Assembly: GCA_032718475.1 (NCBI GenBank) | Contig: JAUCBJ010000452.1 | Location: forward strand, 1-35,899 | From: Nemertoderma westbladi | Lineage: Eukaryota; Animalia; Xenacoelomorpha | DNA: 35,899 bases | Direction of reading: 5' to 3' | Shown: positions 24,224-35,899 of the stretch, one piece after another | Numbering within the stretch: position 1 is the stretch's first letter | Layout of the letters: each line of letters opens with the position of its first letter | Position numbers and translations under genes: made by a program | Notes under the pieces: generated by a model | Told to the model about the DNA's origin: nothing | Seen by the model: the letters and a program-made list of their open reading frames with translations, nothing else | Database searches by the model: none

Positions 24224-27200
24224 GTGTCACACTGTTGTTAATTACGCGTTTCACACTGTTGTTCATTACGTCGTGTATCACACTGTTGTTCATTACGTCG
24301 TGTATCACACACACTGTTGTTAATTACGCGTTTCACACTGTTGTTCATTACGTGTATGACACTGTTGTTCATTACGTCGTGTATCACACTGTTGTTCATT
24401 ACGTGTATGACACTGTTGTTCATTACGTCGTGTATCACACACACTGTTGGTAATTACGCGTTTCACACTGTTGTTCATTACGTCGTGTATCACACTGTTG
24501 TTCATTACGTCGTGTATCACACTGTTGTTCATTACGTCGTGTATCACACTGTTGTTCATTACGTCGTGTATCACACTGTTGTTCATTACGTCGTGTATCA
24601 CACTGTTGTTCATTTCGTGTATCACACTGTTGTTCATTACGTGTATGACACTGTTGTTCATTACTTCGTGTATCACACTGTTGTTCATTACGTCGTGTAT
24701 CACACTGTTGTTCATTACGTCGTGTATCACACTGTTGTTCATTACGTCGTGTATCACACTGTTGTTCATTACGTCGTGTATCACACTGTTGTTCATTACG
24801 TCGTGTATCACACTGTTGTTCATTACGCGTGTTCACACTGTTGTTCATTACGTGTATCACACTGTTGTTCATTACGTCGTGTATCACACTGTTGTTCATT
24901 ACGTCGTGTATCACACTGTTGTTCATTACTCGTGTATACACTGTTGTTCATTACGTCGTGTATCACACTGTTGTTCATTACGTCGTGTATCACACTGTTG
25001 TTCATTACGTCGTGTATCACACTGTTGTTCATTACGTCGTGTATCACACTGTTGTTCATTACGTCGTGTATCACACTGTTGTTCATTTCGTGTGTCACAA
25101 TGCAGTGGATTACGTGTATCACACTGTTGTTCATTACGTGTATGACACTGTTGTTCATTACTTCGTGTATCACACTGTTGTTCATTACGTGTATGACACT
25201 GTTGTTCATTACTTCGTGTATCACACTGTTGTTCATTACTTCGTGTATCACACTGTTGTTCATTACGTCGTGTATCACACTGTTGTTCATTACGTCGTGT
25301 ATCACACTGTTGTTCATTACGTCGTGTATCACACTGTTGTTCATTTCGTGTGTCACAATGCAGTGGATTACGTGTATCACACTGTTGTTCATTACGTGTA
25401 TGACACTGTTGTTCATTACTTCGTGTATCACACTGTTGTTCATTACGTCGTGTATCACACTGTTGTTCATTACTTCGTGTATCACACTGTTGTTCATTAC
25501 GTCGTGTATCACACTGTTGTTCATTACTTCGTGTATCACACTGTTGTTCATTACGTCGTGTATCACACTGTTGTTCATTACTTCGTGTATCACACTGTTG
25601 TTCATTTCGTGTGTCACAATGCAGTGGATTACGTGTATCACACTGTTGTTCATTACGTGTATGACACTGTTGTTCATTACTTCGTGTATCACACTGTTGT
25701 TCATTACGTCGTGTATCACACTGTTGTTCATTACGTCGTGTATCACACTGTTGTTCATTACGTCGTGTATCACACTGTTGTTCATTACGTCGTGTATCAC
25801 ACTGTTGTTCATTACGTCGTGTATCACACTGTTGTTCATTACGTCGTGTATCACACTGTTGTTCATTACGTCGTGTATCACACTGTTGTTCATTACGTCG
25901 TGTATCACACTGTTGTTCATTACTTCGTGTATCACACTGTTGTTCATTACTTCGTGTATCACACTTTTGTTCATTACTTCGTGTATCACACTGTTGTTCA
26001 TTACGTCGTGTATCACACTGTTGTTCATTACGTCGTGTATCACACTGTTGTTCATTACTTCGTGTATCACACTGTTGTTCATTACGTCGTGTATCACACT
26101 GTTGTTCATTACGTCGTGTATCACACTGTTGTTCATTACGTCGTGTATCACACTGTTGTTCATTACGTCGTGTATCACACTGTTGTTCATTACGTCGTGT
26201 ATCACACTGTTGTTCATTACGTCGTGTATCACACTGTTGTTCATTACGTCGTGTATCACACTGTTGTTCATTACTTCGTGTATCACACTGTTGTTCATTA
26301 CGTCGTGTATCACACTGTTGTTCATTACTTCGTGTATCACACTGTTGTTCATTACGTCGTGTATCACACTGTTGTTCATTTCGTGTGTCACAATGCAGTG
26401 GAGTACGTGTATCACACTGTTGTTCATTACGTGTATGACACTGTTGTTCATTACGTGTATGACACTGTTGTTCATTACTTCGTGTATCACACTGTTGTTC
26501 ATTACTTCGTGTATCACACTGTTGTTCATTACGTCGTGTATCACACTGTTGTTCATTACGTCGTGTATCACACTGTTGTTCATTACGTCGTGTATCACAC
26601 TGTTGTTCATTACTTCGTGTATCACACTGTTGTTCATTACGTCGTGTATCACACTGTTGTTCATTACGTCGTGTATCACACTGTTGTTCATTACTTCGTG
26701 TATCACACTGTTGTTCATTACTTCGTGTATCACACTGTTGTTCATTACGTCGTGTATCACACTGTTGTTCATTACGTCGTGTATCACACTGTTGTTCATT
26801 ACGTGTATGACACTGTTGTTCATTACGTCGTGTATCACACTGTTGTTCATTACGTCGTGTATCACACTGTTGTTCATTACGTCGTGTATCACACTGTTGT
26901 TCATTTCGTGTGTCACAATGCAGTGGATTACGTGTATCACACTGTTGTTCATTACGTGTATGACACTGTTGTTCATTACTTCGTGTATCACACTGTTGTT
27001 CATTACGTCGTGTATCACACTGTTGTTCATTACGTCGTGTATCACACTGTTGTTCATTACGTCGTGTATCACACTGTTGTTCATTACGTCGTGTATCACA
27101 CTGTTGTTCATTACGTCGTGTATCACACTGTTGTTCATTACGTCGTGTATCACACTGTTGTTCATTACGTCGTGTATCACACTGTTGTTCATTTCGTGTG

Positions 27201-29382
27201 TCACAATGCAGTGGATTACGTGTATCACACTGTTGTTCATTACGTGTATGACACTGTTGTTCATTACTTCGTGTATCACACTGTTGTTCATTACGTGTAT
27301 GACACTGTTGTTCATTACTTCGTGTATCACACTGTTGTTCATTACTTCGTGTATCACACTGTTGTTCATTACGTCGTGTATCACACTGTTGTTCATTACG
27401 TCGTGTATCACACTGTTGTTCATTACGTCGTGTATCACACTGTTGTTCATTTCGTGTGTCACAATGCAGTGGATTACGTGTATCACACTGTTGTTCATTA
27501 CGTGTATGACACTGTTGTTCATTACTTCGTGTATCACACTGTTGTTCATTACGTCGTGTATCACACTGTTGTTCATTACTTCGTGTATCACACTGTTGTT
27601 CATTACGTCGTGTATCACACTGTTGTTCATTACTTCGTGTATCACACTGTTGTTCATTACGTCGTGTATCACACTGTTGTTCATTACTTCGTGTATCACA
27701 CTGTTGTTCATTTCGTGTGTCACAATGCAGTGGATTACGTGTATCACACTGTTGTTCATTACGTGTATGACACTGTTGTTCATTACTTCGTGTATCACAC
27801 TGTTGTTCATTACGTCGTGTATCACACTGTTGTTCATTACGTCGTGTATCACACTGTTGTTCATTACGTCGTGTATCACACTGTTGTTCATTACGTCGTG
27901 TATCACACTGTTGTTCATTACGTCGTGTATCACACTGTTGTTCATTACGTCGTGTATCACACTGTTGTTCATTACGTCGTGTATCACACTGTTGTTCATT
28001 ACGTCGTGTATCACACTGTTGTTCATTACTTCGTGTATCACACTGTTGTTCATTACTTCGTGTATCACACTTTTGTTCATTACTTCGTGTATCACACTGT
28101 TGTTCATTACGTCGTGTATCACACTGTTGTTCATTACGTCGTGTATCACACTGTTGTTCATTACTTCGTGTATCACACTGTTGTTCATTACGTCGTGTAT
28201 CACACTGTTGTTCATTACGTCGTGTATCACACTGTTGTTCATTACGTCGTGTATCACACTGTTGTTCATTACGTCGTGTATCACACTGTTGTTCATTACG
28301 TCGTGTATCACACTGTTGTTCATTACGTCGTGTATCACACTGTTGTTCATTACGTCGTGTATCACACTGTTGTTCATTACTTCGTGTATCACACTGTTGT
28401 TCATTACGTCGTGTATCACACTGTTGTTCATTACTTCGTGTATCACACTGTTGTTCATTACGTCGTGTATCACACTGTTGTTCATTTCGTGTGTCACAAT
28501 GCAGTGGAGTACGTGTATCACACTGTTGTTCATTACGTGTATGACACTGTTGTTCATTACGTGTATGACACTGTTGTTCATTACTTCGTGTATCACACTG
28601 TTGTTCATTACTTCGTGTATCACACTGTTGTTCATTACGTCGTGTATCACACTGTTGTTCATTACGTCGTGTATCACACTGTTGTTCATTACGTCGTGTA
28701 TCACACTGTTGTTCATTACTTCGTGTATCACACTGTTGTTCATTACGTCGTGTATCACACTGTTGTTCATTACGTCGTGTATCACACTGTTGTTCATTAC
28801 TTCGTGTATCACACTGTTGTTCATTACTTCGTGTATCACACTGTTGTTCATTACGTCGTGTATCACACTGTTGTTCATTACGTCGTGTATCACACTGTTG
28901 TTCATTACGTGTATGACACTGTTGTTCATTACGTCGTGTATCACACTGTTGTTCATTACGTCGTGTATCACACTGTTGTTCATTACGTCGTGTATCACAC
29001 TGTTGTTCATTTCGTGTGTCACAATGCAGTGGATTACGTGTATCACACTGTTGTTCATTACGTGTATGACACTGTTGTTCATTACTTCGTGTATCACACT
29101 GTTGTTCATTACTTCGTGTATCACACTGTTGTTCATTACGTCGTGTATCACACTGTTGTTCATTACTTCGTGTATCACACTGTTGTTCATTACGTCGTGT
29201 ATGACACTGTTGTTCATTACGTCGTGTATCACACTGTTGTTCATTACGTCGTGTATCACACTGTTGTTCATTACTTCGTGTATCACACTGTTGTTCATTA
29301 CTTCGTGTATCACACTGTTGTTCATTACGTCGTGTATCACACTGTTGTTCATTACTTCGTGTATCACACTGTTGTTCATTAC
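24224..29382. repeat. 27-bp satellite array (CACTGTTGTTCATTACGTCGTGTATCA)n with 24-bp variants and a 2106-bp higher-order repeat, inside predicted intron 22949-29793
   Basis: Roughly 190-200 monomers; variant CAATGCAGTGG at 25098/27204, 25356/27462, 25617/27723, 26391/28497, 26916/29022 and TTTT variant at 25965/28071, all offset 2106. Confidence 0.97.
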
Positions 29383-29640
29383 ATAATGTATAATATAATG
29401 TAATATAATGTAATTATAATGTAATATAATAATATATAATGTAATGTAATGTAACTTATATAATGTAATTATATATACAGTCACCGCGATTCTAACTGTG
29501 TACTTATATAATGTAACTATATACAGTCACCGCAATTCTAACTGTGTACTTATATAATACTACTTAGAGCATAATAGTTCTTAAATACTTATATAATGTA
29601 ACAATATACACTCAGCGCGATTCTAACTTTACTTATGTAA
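29383..29640. repeat. (ATAAT/GTAAT)n microsatellite followed by ~45-bp short direct repeats
   Basis: TATACAGTCACCGC(G/A)ATTCTAACTGTGTACTTATATAAT at ~29474 and ~29520, degenerate third copy ~29605. Confidence 0.85.
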
Positions 29641-29793
29641 CTATATGCTATGACTGCTATACTATATCTAGGCTGTTTGTAGTTTTATATTTACTCAGAT
29701 ATAAGTATATTATATACATTGTTCTTTTCCACGTTATTTACTTATGTATGTACATTGTACATATAGGTTATTATTGATAAATATTGTATATAG

Positions 29794-30108
29794 GAGAGAG
29801 TTGAGGATTCCAATAGGGCTGAAGCTTCAACTCAACCCATGGATACTTCTGATGGAGGACCCCCTAACCCTCCCATCTTCTCTCCTGCTGCTGGTGACGA
29901 GACATCCACCTCTGCCCCGTCCTCAGATCCTCTAACCTCGGAATGTGGGGAAGAATCCTTTTCTGCCCACAACTTTCTCTCCACGTTTACATTGCATCCT
30001 GGAGAGGAAACCCCTCGCTTTACCCCCAAGCGTCCAATGCCTTACGTGATTCCATCATGTGTCATTGGCGGACCAAGGGGCGTAATCCGAGGGGCACGTC
30101 CTGTAACA
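29794..30108 (+). CDS. Predicted coding exon 2 (105 codons, Pro/Ser-rich, probably disordered)
   Basis: GC-richer island in AT-rich DNA; acceptor TATAG ending 29793 (weak pyrimidine tract), donor ACA|GTGAGT at 30109; phase 0 at both ends; overlaps listed ORF 29839..30159. Confidence 0.7.
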
Positions 30109-30397
30109 GTGAGTTTAATGTATTTCTATATATATAATAAATATACAGTTGTCATATAGTTCCTATGTGTATCAGTGTATTAAATATAATCTAGACCAAT
30201 TATATAGTTGTTTTTTAGATGTCATTGTTTTGTACTTGTATCTATACGTTGTATAGGTTGTCTACAGTTTTAATATTTATGTATCATTCATATGGAATGT
30301 TGATTAATTAGTTTATAGTTTTAAATTAAAGTCAGATTTGTACATAGATTTAAATAATTGTACTTCATTTTATATGGAATTTTTTTATTTTTTTTAG

Positions 30398-33300
30398 CCA
30401 ACAGGATTCAACCTTCAAGGTTCAATTAGACCCCCCTGGATTAGACCGGTAGTTTCTGGACCTCGGTTTAGTGGTTATGATACTGCAAGGTCATCTGCAG
30501 TACCCGCCACTGGAGGTGCACCACAACCCACTGCATCATCTGAAACGCCCAGATGCTCATCCTCAGAGAGGGTTTCATCAATGGCTATTCAGACTAATGC
30601 AGCAGCTTGGTTCCGTGTTGAAGCTGAAAAGCGCAATATGGAATTGGTGTGGGTACGTGGCGATGGAAATTGCATGTTTAATGCATTCCGTATTTCATCA
30701 CAAGGAATTACTGATTCCCCTCTGTTGATGAGAAAGAAAGTGCGGGACTATCTCCGGGAGCATTCTCAGGAATTTTCTGATAAGTATGCTCCTGGGCCAT
30801 ATGAACTGCCTTTTGTGGAATTTGTTGCCCAATTGATAAACCAATCACATGATGTGGTCTTTGGTAACTCCATTGTCCTGGAAGCACTTGGTAGGATTTA
30901 TTCACGTTTATTTGTGGTATTAACTACCGAGTTTGGCAACCACATGGAACGAGTTGGGGTGCCTGGAACGCAAGAAGTTCTGATTGGCCATGACCATGTT
31001 GGTGCACATTATTATGCATTTAAGCCATTGCAGATATGTACCACCCACCAGGAGCCTGCTGCAAGTGCAAGTGCAATACCTATGCCTCCTCCACAACTGC
31101 CTACAAACAGTGCTTCAGCATCACCATGTGTTGAACAACAACCACCCCTTCAACCTCAACCAACAATATCCAACCCCCCTGCAGGAGAACGTGATGAACC
31201 AGATGATGACATGGATTGGTCAGAATTTGAAGAGGATGAAGAGGCTCTTCGATATGACTCAATCCGTAATGATCATTTGAATATTCCTGATGTTGACCTT
31301 TTGGAGGAATTTGATGATGATGTGGTTGAGGAGGTTGTTGATGAGGTTGATGATGACAGTGATGATGAAGAAGCAATGGAAGTTGATAGTGATGTGGTTA
31401 TTCTAGAGAATGAAGAGGTCTGTGAGAATTGCAGGCGCATTAAGACTCCAGAACATCCTTTGGAGTTACGCAGTAGCAAGAAAGAGCTTAATCGGGAATA
31501 TGGCTATCTCCTTCGTAATGGTAATAAGGAGTATGTGCTCTGTATTGACTGCTCCACCTATTTATCAAAGCGAAGGTCTACTCATGGTTCTTGGGCTTTT
31601 GGCTGGCCTTCTTTCATCTATTCCTGTCTAGTGAACAGGGTTGTGGGTTGTAATCCAACCGCACTTCTTGATTTGCTGGCAGAGGAATTGAGGGACAGCT
31701 GGAAGCAAGTCATTTATGAACTTGATCTTCATCCTACGAAGACAGTAATTAAGGACTTTACCAAGGATCTCCGTGAGTACCATGAAGAAATGGAGGAATT
31801 AGACTTAGGAAAGTTTACCAGGTTAATGAATGATGGCTGCTTTCCTAGTGTTGTATGTGGTATGGGATGTATCCAATACATTGAAGCATGCAAACCTATT
31901 CCATTCAATAATTTCTTGGCAAGCCATTTTCCGATTAAGCAGGTATTTAATGCTAAGCCAGATCATGTATGTTCCTTCAGGAATGATTGGCCTTATACAT
32001 TTAAGGAGCTCGATTGGAAAGCGATGGCTGGTACGATTGTAACTTCGAAGAAGGGCTTGTGTATCTTGATATGCAAGAAGCACAAGACTACTAACAAGTT
32101 TATCTTCCACCTCCCAAACAACCCAGTATCTCCCGATGACCCGATTATTCACCCAGAAATGTTTGCCATGGCTACTTTAACTCCTCATATAGTCCGTGGC
32201 CCTCGTGATGGTGTTTATTCGACTGGTTTCCATACTAGTAAGGTTGATGGAGGATATAATGGGTTGTCATCGTGTTACATCGAGCTTGACCCTGTTCACC
32301 ATTACCTTCCTGAAGAAGCTGTCAGAGATGGAAAGTTGTACCATGCTGATTCTCTCACCTTAGAATGTCGTCCTGATGTGAGAGAATTCATGCGCCAAGG
32401 TCGACATCGCCATCTTGATCCTGGATATATTGATGATATCACTGAGTTTTATAAACCCCCAGAACAACACTTAATTCTGGAAGCCTTGGAAGGAGCTACG
32501 TATATGGATGTGTACGACTGCTACAAGCTTCACCAAAGAATTTTGAATAAGGGAACGGAAGAGAACGAAAGAGATCGGTTTTCTTTCAAAGATATATGTC
32601 TTGACGAAATGCCAATCATGCAACCCTGCAATGATATTGGCAGAAGATCATGGCGCATTTACAATGAGTCATATATGTCTGACGGCCTTAGACTACAGAT
32701 GCTGTCATTTTCAGTGATGCATTGCCGTGTGATGCATACTATCCTCCAGGCTGTAGAAATTAAGAATGACGCCCAAAAGGCTCTTCTTAAATATCTTAAG
32801 TATGGTGTATATGCTGCTCACTGCACAGCAAAGCAACGATCAATGTATGCCAATCATATCCTTGAAAGATTGGAGGAGGATTTTGATTTTGGTCTACATT
32901 GTGAAACTGTTGACAGCCAAGTAGCACTAATGCTGGAAGAACTTATTCCAGGTTGTTATGAGGTTAATAGGATTGATGATATCATTGATGATGACATTTA
33001 TGTCCTTAGCAGACCACGTAATACTGGCAGAGGGGAGCCATTCCCTTTGGAGATAGGTGACCATTACCTGCATTCAGCCTTGACTATAAGAGATAATAAG
33101 TTATCCGGGATTTTTCGTTGGAGTGATGATCACTCATTCCAGCATTTCCTCTGTGAGGAAAATAAACTGACACCACCTATGGTAGATGATCCCGAGCATG
33201 CAATTAAGAAGGCGCAACTTTACATCTATGTAAAGAAGGGTTGTTATAACCTAACTGAGATGCAGCGAGATAAATTTATTGCAAATTTTGCTGATCAAAG

Positions 33301-35899
33301 TAAGGTTAAATGTTCCCAGCATAATACTTTACTCCGTAGAGAAAACTTTAAGGAGGATAATGGTATATGCGTTAAGTCGCACTCTGGCACTAATGTTAGT
33401 AAGAACATACGCTGGCGTTGCCCTTATGGGTTTCCTCAGAATCAGTGTGAGGTTGGATTGTGTCTTAGTCACTGGAGAAACGAGATTGTTAAACCAGAAG
33501 CTGTGATACTTATCAATCCTTGTAATGAACATGTTCTTAATCGACATTCGAATGATCTACCAACAGGTGGTGATCGGGAAGGTGACAATGCCTCATCTGA
33601 TGATGAGGAAGTGGAAGATCCTCTAGATAGGGCAAGCAGAATTTTTGGTGGTGATTTTCAAGCTGATGATGCTGCTAACCCTATGGAAGACTATGTGGTA
33701 GGGATCAATGATGGTGATTACGATGACGATGAATATCCATTAGTAGGATTGGCCACTGGTGCCACTGTTCCTATTTATGATATTGGTAGGGTATCTGCCC
33801 ATTGTCTGCTTAACAATCAGAATGGCCTCCAGATACTTAAACGTAGTCGTGGTTACGGGGGTAAAGGTTCAGCCCATGTTAATAAGGTGTTGTACCATAT
33901 TGCCTCACGTACACGTGGCATCCATTTGCCTCTTATGTACATTGAAGGACTCCTATTTCCAAGGAATTTCTGGTACATGAAGGCTAATGGAAGTGTTGTT
34001 GGTGCCATTCCATCGTTCTTGTATGGTCTACCATTCAATAGTCCTAATTATGGTATAGCATCTCTACGGGAACATATGCATATCAGGACATTTGATGAGA
34101 GGCTGTTTTCTTCCAAGGATCCAGCCTATCTTCATTTCATGTTTGATGTATATATGAACTCGGTTTTGAACTATAACTCTTCTCAGCTTGTTCTCCGTAA
34201 GGGATTTGAACAAGTCTGCGAGGGAGAGGAGAGGCTTCAATCTGGTGCTTCAGATACCATATTACGTTTCGATGAAATGGAATCACGGCGTCGTGTGAGG
34301 GAGTTGTGTGCACTATTGCGGTATGGTTACTGGAATTATTTTTTCACAGCCACCTGTAATAACGCATATACTCCAGGAGTTTCGCCAGTGTATAATGCAG
34401 TTTTGAAGCTCTATGAGCATCTGGAAGGCAGAAAGCTGGCTTTAGCTATGGAGAAATATACAACCTTACTCACACGCTGTTGGAATCGTTTCACGGATCA
34501 CCTTCACCATTGGATTGAACGAGGTGTCGATAAACCATTTGGTGATGTGAAGTATTTATGGACAAGAATGGAGGCTCAAGACCAGGGATCCCCTGTAGCA
34601 AATATGCTACATATCCATGGTGGAATAACCCTCCACCCAGAGTCTATAGAGGAAACCACAGGGAGAATATGCTGCCAAACCATTGACTTGCTATCTCCTA
34701 TGTTTGGGACAGATCGTCCTGAATTGGTTCAACAAGGAATCATTGAGGATGATGAATGGTCTGAGCTATGCTGCCTTGGGCATCTGCAAACACACAACTG
34801 TGAACGTGCTGGCAGTCGGTGTCATAAGCGTATTGATGAGGCTGGAAATACGTTTTGCCGAATGCCTCGTCACCTAGCAAGTTTTGACTATGGCTTCACA
34901 CCGAAGACAGATATGTATAGCGATGAGGCCCTTGATGATTTTGAATCTATAGACCTTCTTCAAAGAAATGAGGATGGAACTCTTAGATTAGATGATCAGG
35001 GTAATCGATTGGCACATAGTAATCTTATCGGTGGTCGTCATACTTATCCCGCTGGTGGTCATGAGTTTGCTGTGCCGACAATACCTAAGTATTGGGTTGC
35101 TCTGAGATCATCCACCAATGTACAGGCGTGTGATACAAGGTTCTGTACCTCGTATTGTGCCAAGTACTTGGGGGGTCCTGAAGAAAGGAGAGCAGTTAAA
35201 ATCGATGGCAAAAAGAATATCTCCTCAGTAAAAGTCACCCATACTGAACAAGAAGGGTTAAAGATTTCAGGTGTTAATTACCTGAAGAAACAGGATGATA
35301 AGAAAGATTCCAATAAGAGTGGCATCAAATCTCGGGAGATGGGTTATCCAGAGATTCTTCATAATCTTCTTGGCTTCCCATACATCAGATCAAATGTGGA
35401 CTTTGTCCATGTTTCTACTCTGACTCCTGAGTACCGGCATGGCATTGTGAAACAACAAAGCAGAGATGTCAATATGGGTGTCCTCGAAGCTGTTCAAAAG
35501 CGATTAATGATGCCTGGTTTACCGGAATGGCGAAACTTCACAAATAATCAAATACTTACTGTCAATGAGATGGGCAAGAGTGATTATATTTCTGATGGTT
35601 TAACTTCATTCAGTGTAAGAGCTCCTGAGCTACTAATCTTTGATAAGCTTGACACATTCTATGAATGCTTTTGTGTTGTAGGAAATGTCAAGAAATATCA
35701 TATTGATTTGCAGCTGAAGAAGTGCTATTGGATTGATGCTAATAACCGTCAATGGAAGTTACGACCTTCAGGTATACCAATAGCTGTAGATTTTCTAACA
35801 AGAAAAGCTGCACATGGCAATATTATTGCTAGGCAGTTATTGGATGAGGTATTCTTACCTATATCCAGAGGACAACTCCATAAGAGATTTGTAAGTGGG
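30398..35899 (+). CDS. Main exon of Helitron-like Rep(Hel) rolling-circle transposase with OTU domain; 3' partial
   Basis: Acceptor TTTTTTTTAG ending 30397; 1834 codons with no stop seen on manual translation; OTU VRGDGNCMF (Cys 30671)..AHYY (His 31007); CENC..CIDC 31421-31552; Rep motifs FTATCN 34343-34360, EAQ..HIH 34571-34618, QTHNC..C.K..CR, NVQ..YCAKY 35153-35167, REMGYPE..LLGFP. Confidence 0.92.

Larger units (their letters stand above)
22766..35899 (+). mobile_element. Autonomous-type Helitron-like (Helentron/HLE2-leaning) element, minimum extent; ends not located
   Basis: HUH/Y2 Rep motifs in Helitron order; OTU domain and RE..E..LLG.P motif fit the Helentron branch; helicase not within window. 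Confidence 0.8.

Noticed and set aside
25098-29100. 2 x 2106 = 4212, nearly equal to the 4213-bp unit length
   Set aside because: The two repeats share no sequence and I see no mechanism; treated as coincidence
24224-29382. CRISPR-like appearance of the 27-bp array
   Set aside because: Monomers are contiguous with no unique spacers, no cas genes, eukaryotic context
24317-29484. 1500-1700-aa ORFs (ITSCITLLF / VVYHTVVHY / VMNNSVIHD repeats)
   Set aside because: They arise because 27- and 24-bp monomers are multiples of 3 and lack stops in several frames on both strands at once; no unique coding content, and the array lies in a predicted intron
33842-33875. RGYGGKGS as a Walker A motif
   Set aside because: Does not fit GxxxxGK[ST] and lies upstream of Rep, whereas the Pif1 domain is expected downstream
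30471-34877. Short listed ORFs overlapping the main exon on either strand
   Set aside because: Alternative-frame or antisense shadows of the long frame starting at 30398

Overview
Eukaryotic (probably metazoan), repeat-dominated DNA with no ordinary host genes. The right-hand part holds a large spliced + strand gene that the ORF track misses because it runs off the window end: join(22766..22948, 29794..30108, 30398..>35899), 2000 codons with no stop seen. It encodes a Helitron-like (Helentron/HLE2-leaning) rolling-circle HUH transposase. A very long N-terminal extension carries a CCHC-like knuckle, an apparently intact OTU cysteine-protease domain, an acidic tract, Cys/His clusters and a possible dead USP-like fold. 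The Rep motifs follow (FTATCN, E-x-Q..HIH, YCAKY); the Pif1 helicase is expected beyond the window. The first coding intron holds a 5.2-kb 27-bp satellite with a 2106-bp higher-order duplication. Divergently oriented upstream is an intronless SGNH/GDSL hydrolase ORF (17316..17957, minus strand) embedded in CCACG/CCACA satellite. The left 11.5 kb is a 4213-bp tandem repeat (two apparently identical copies plus a diverged third) built from ~460-480-bp GATC-rich subrepeats. Each unit carries a conserved 27-nt pseudo-palindrome that folds only as single-stranded DNA with sheared G.A pairs, a candidate HUH recognition site. Much of the window may be one giant cargo-carrying rolling-circle element; that is inference, and no termini are proven.
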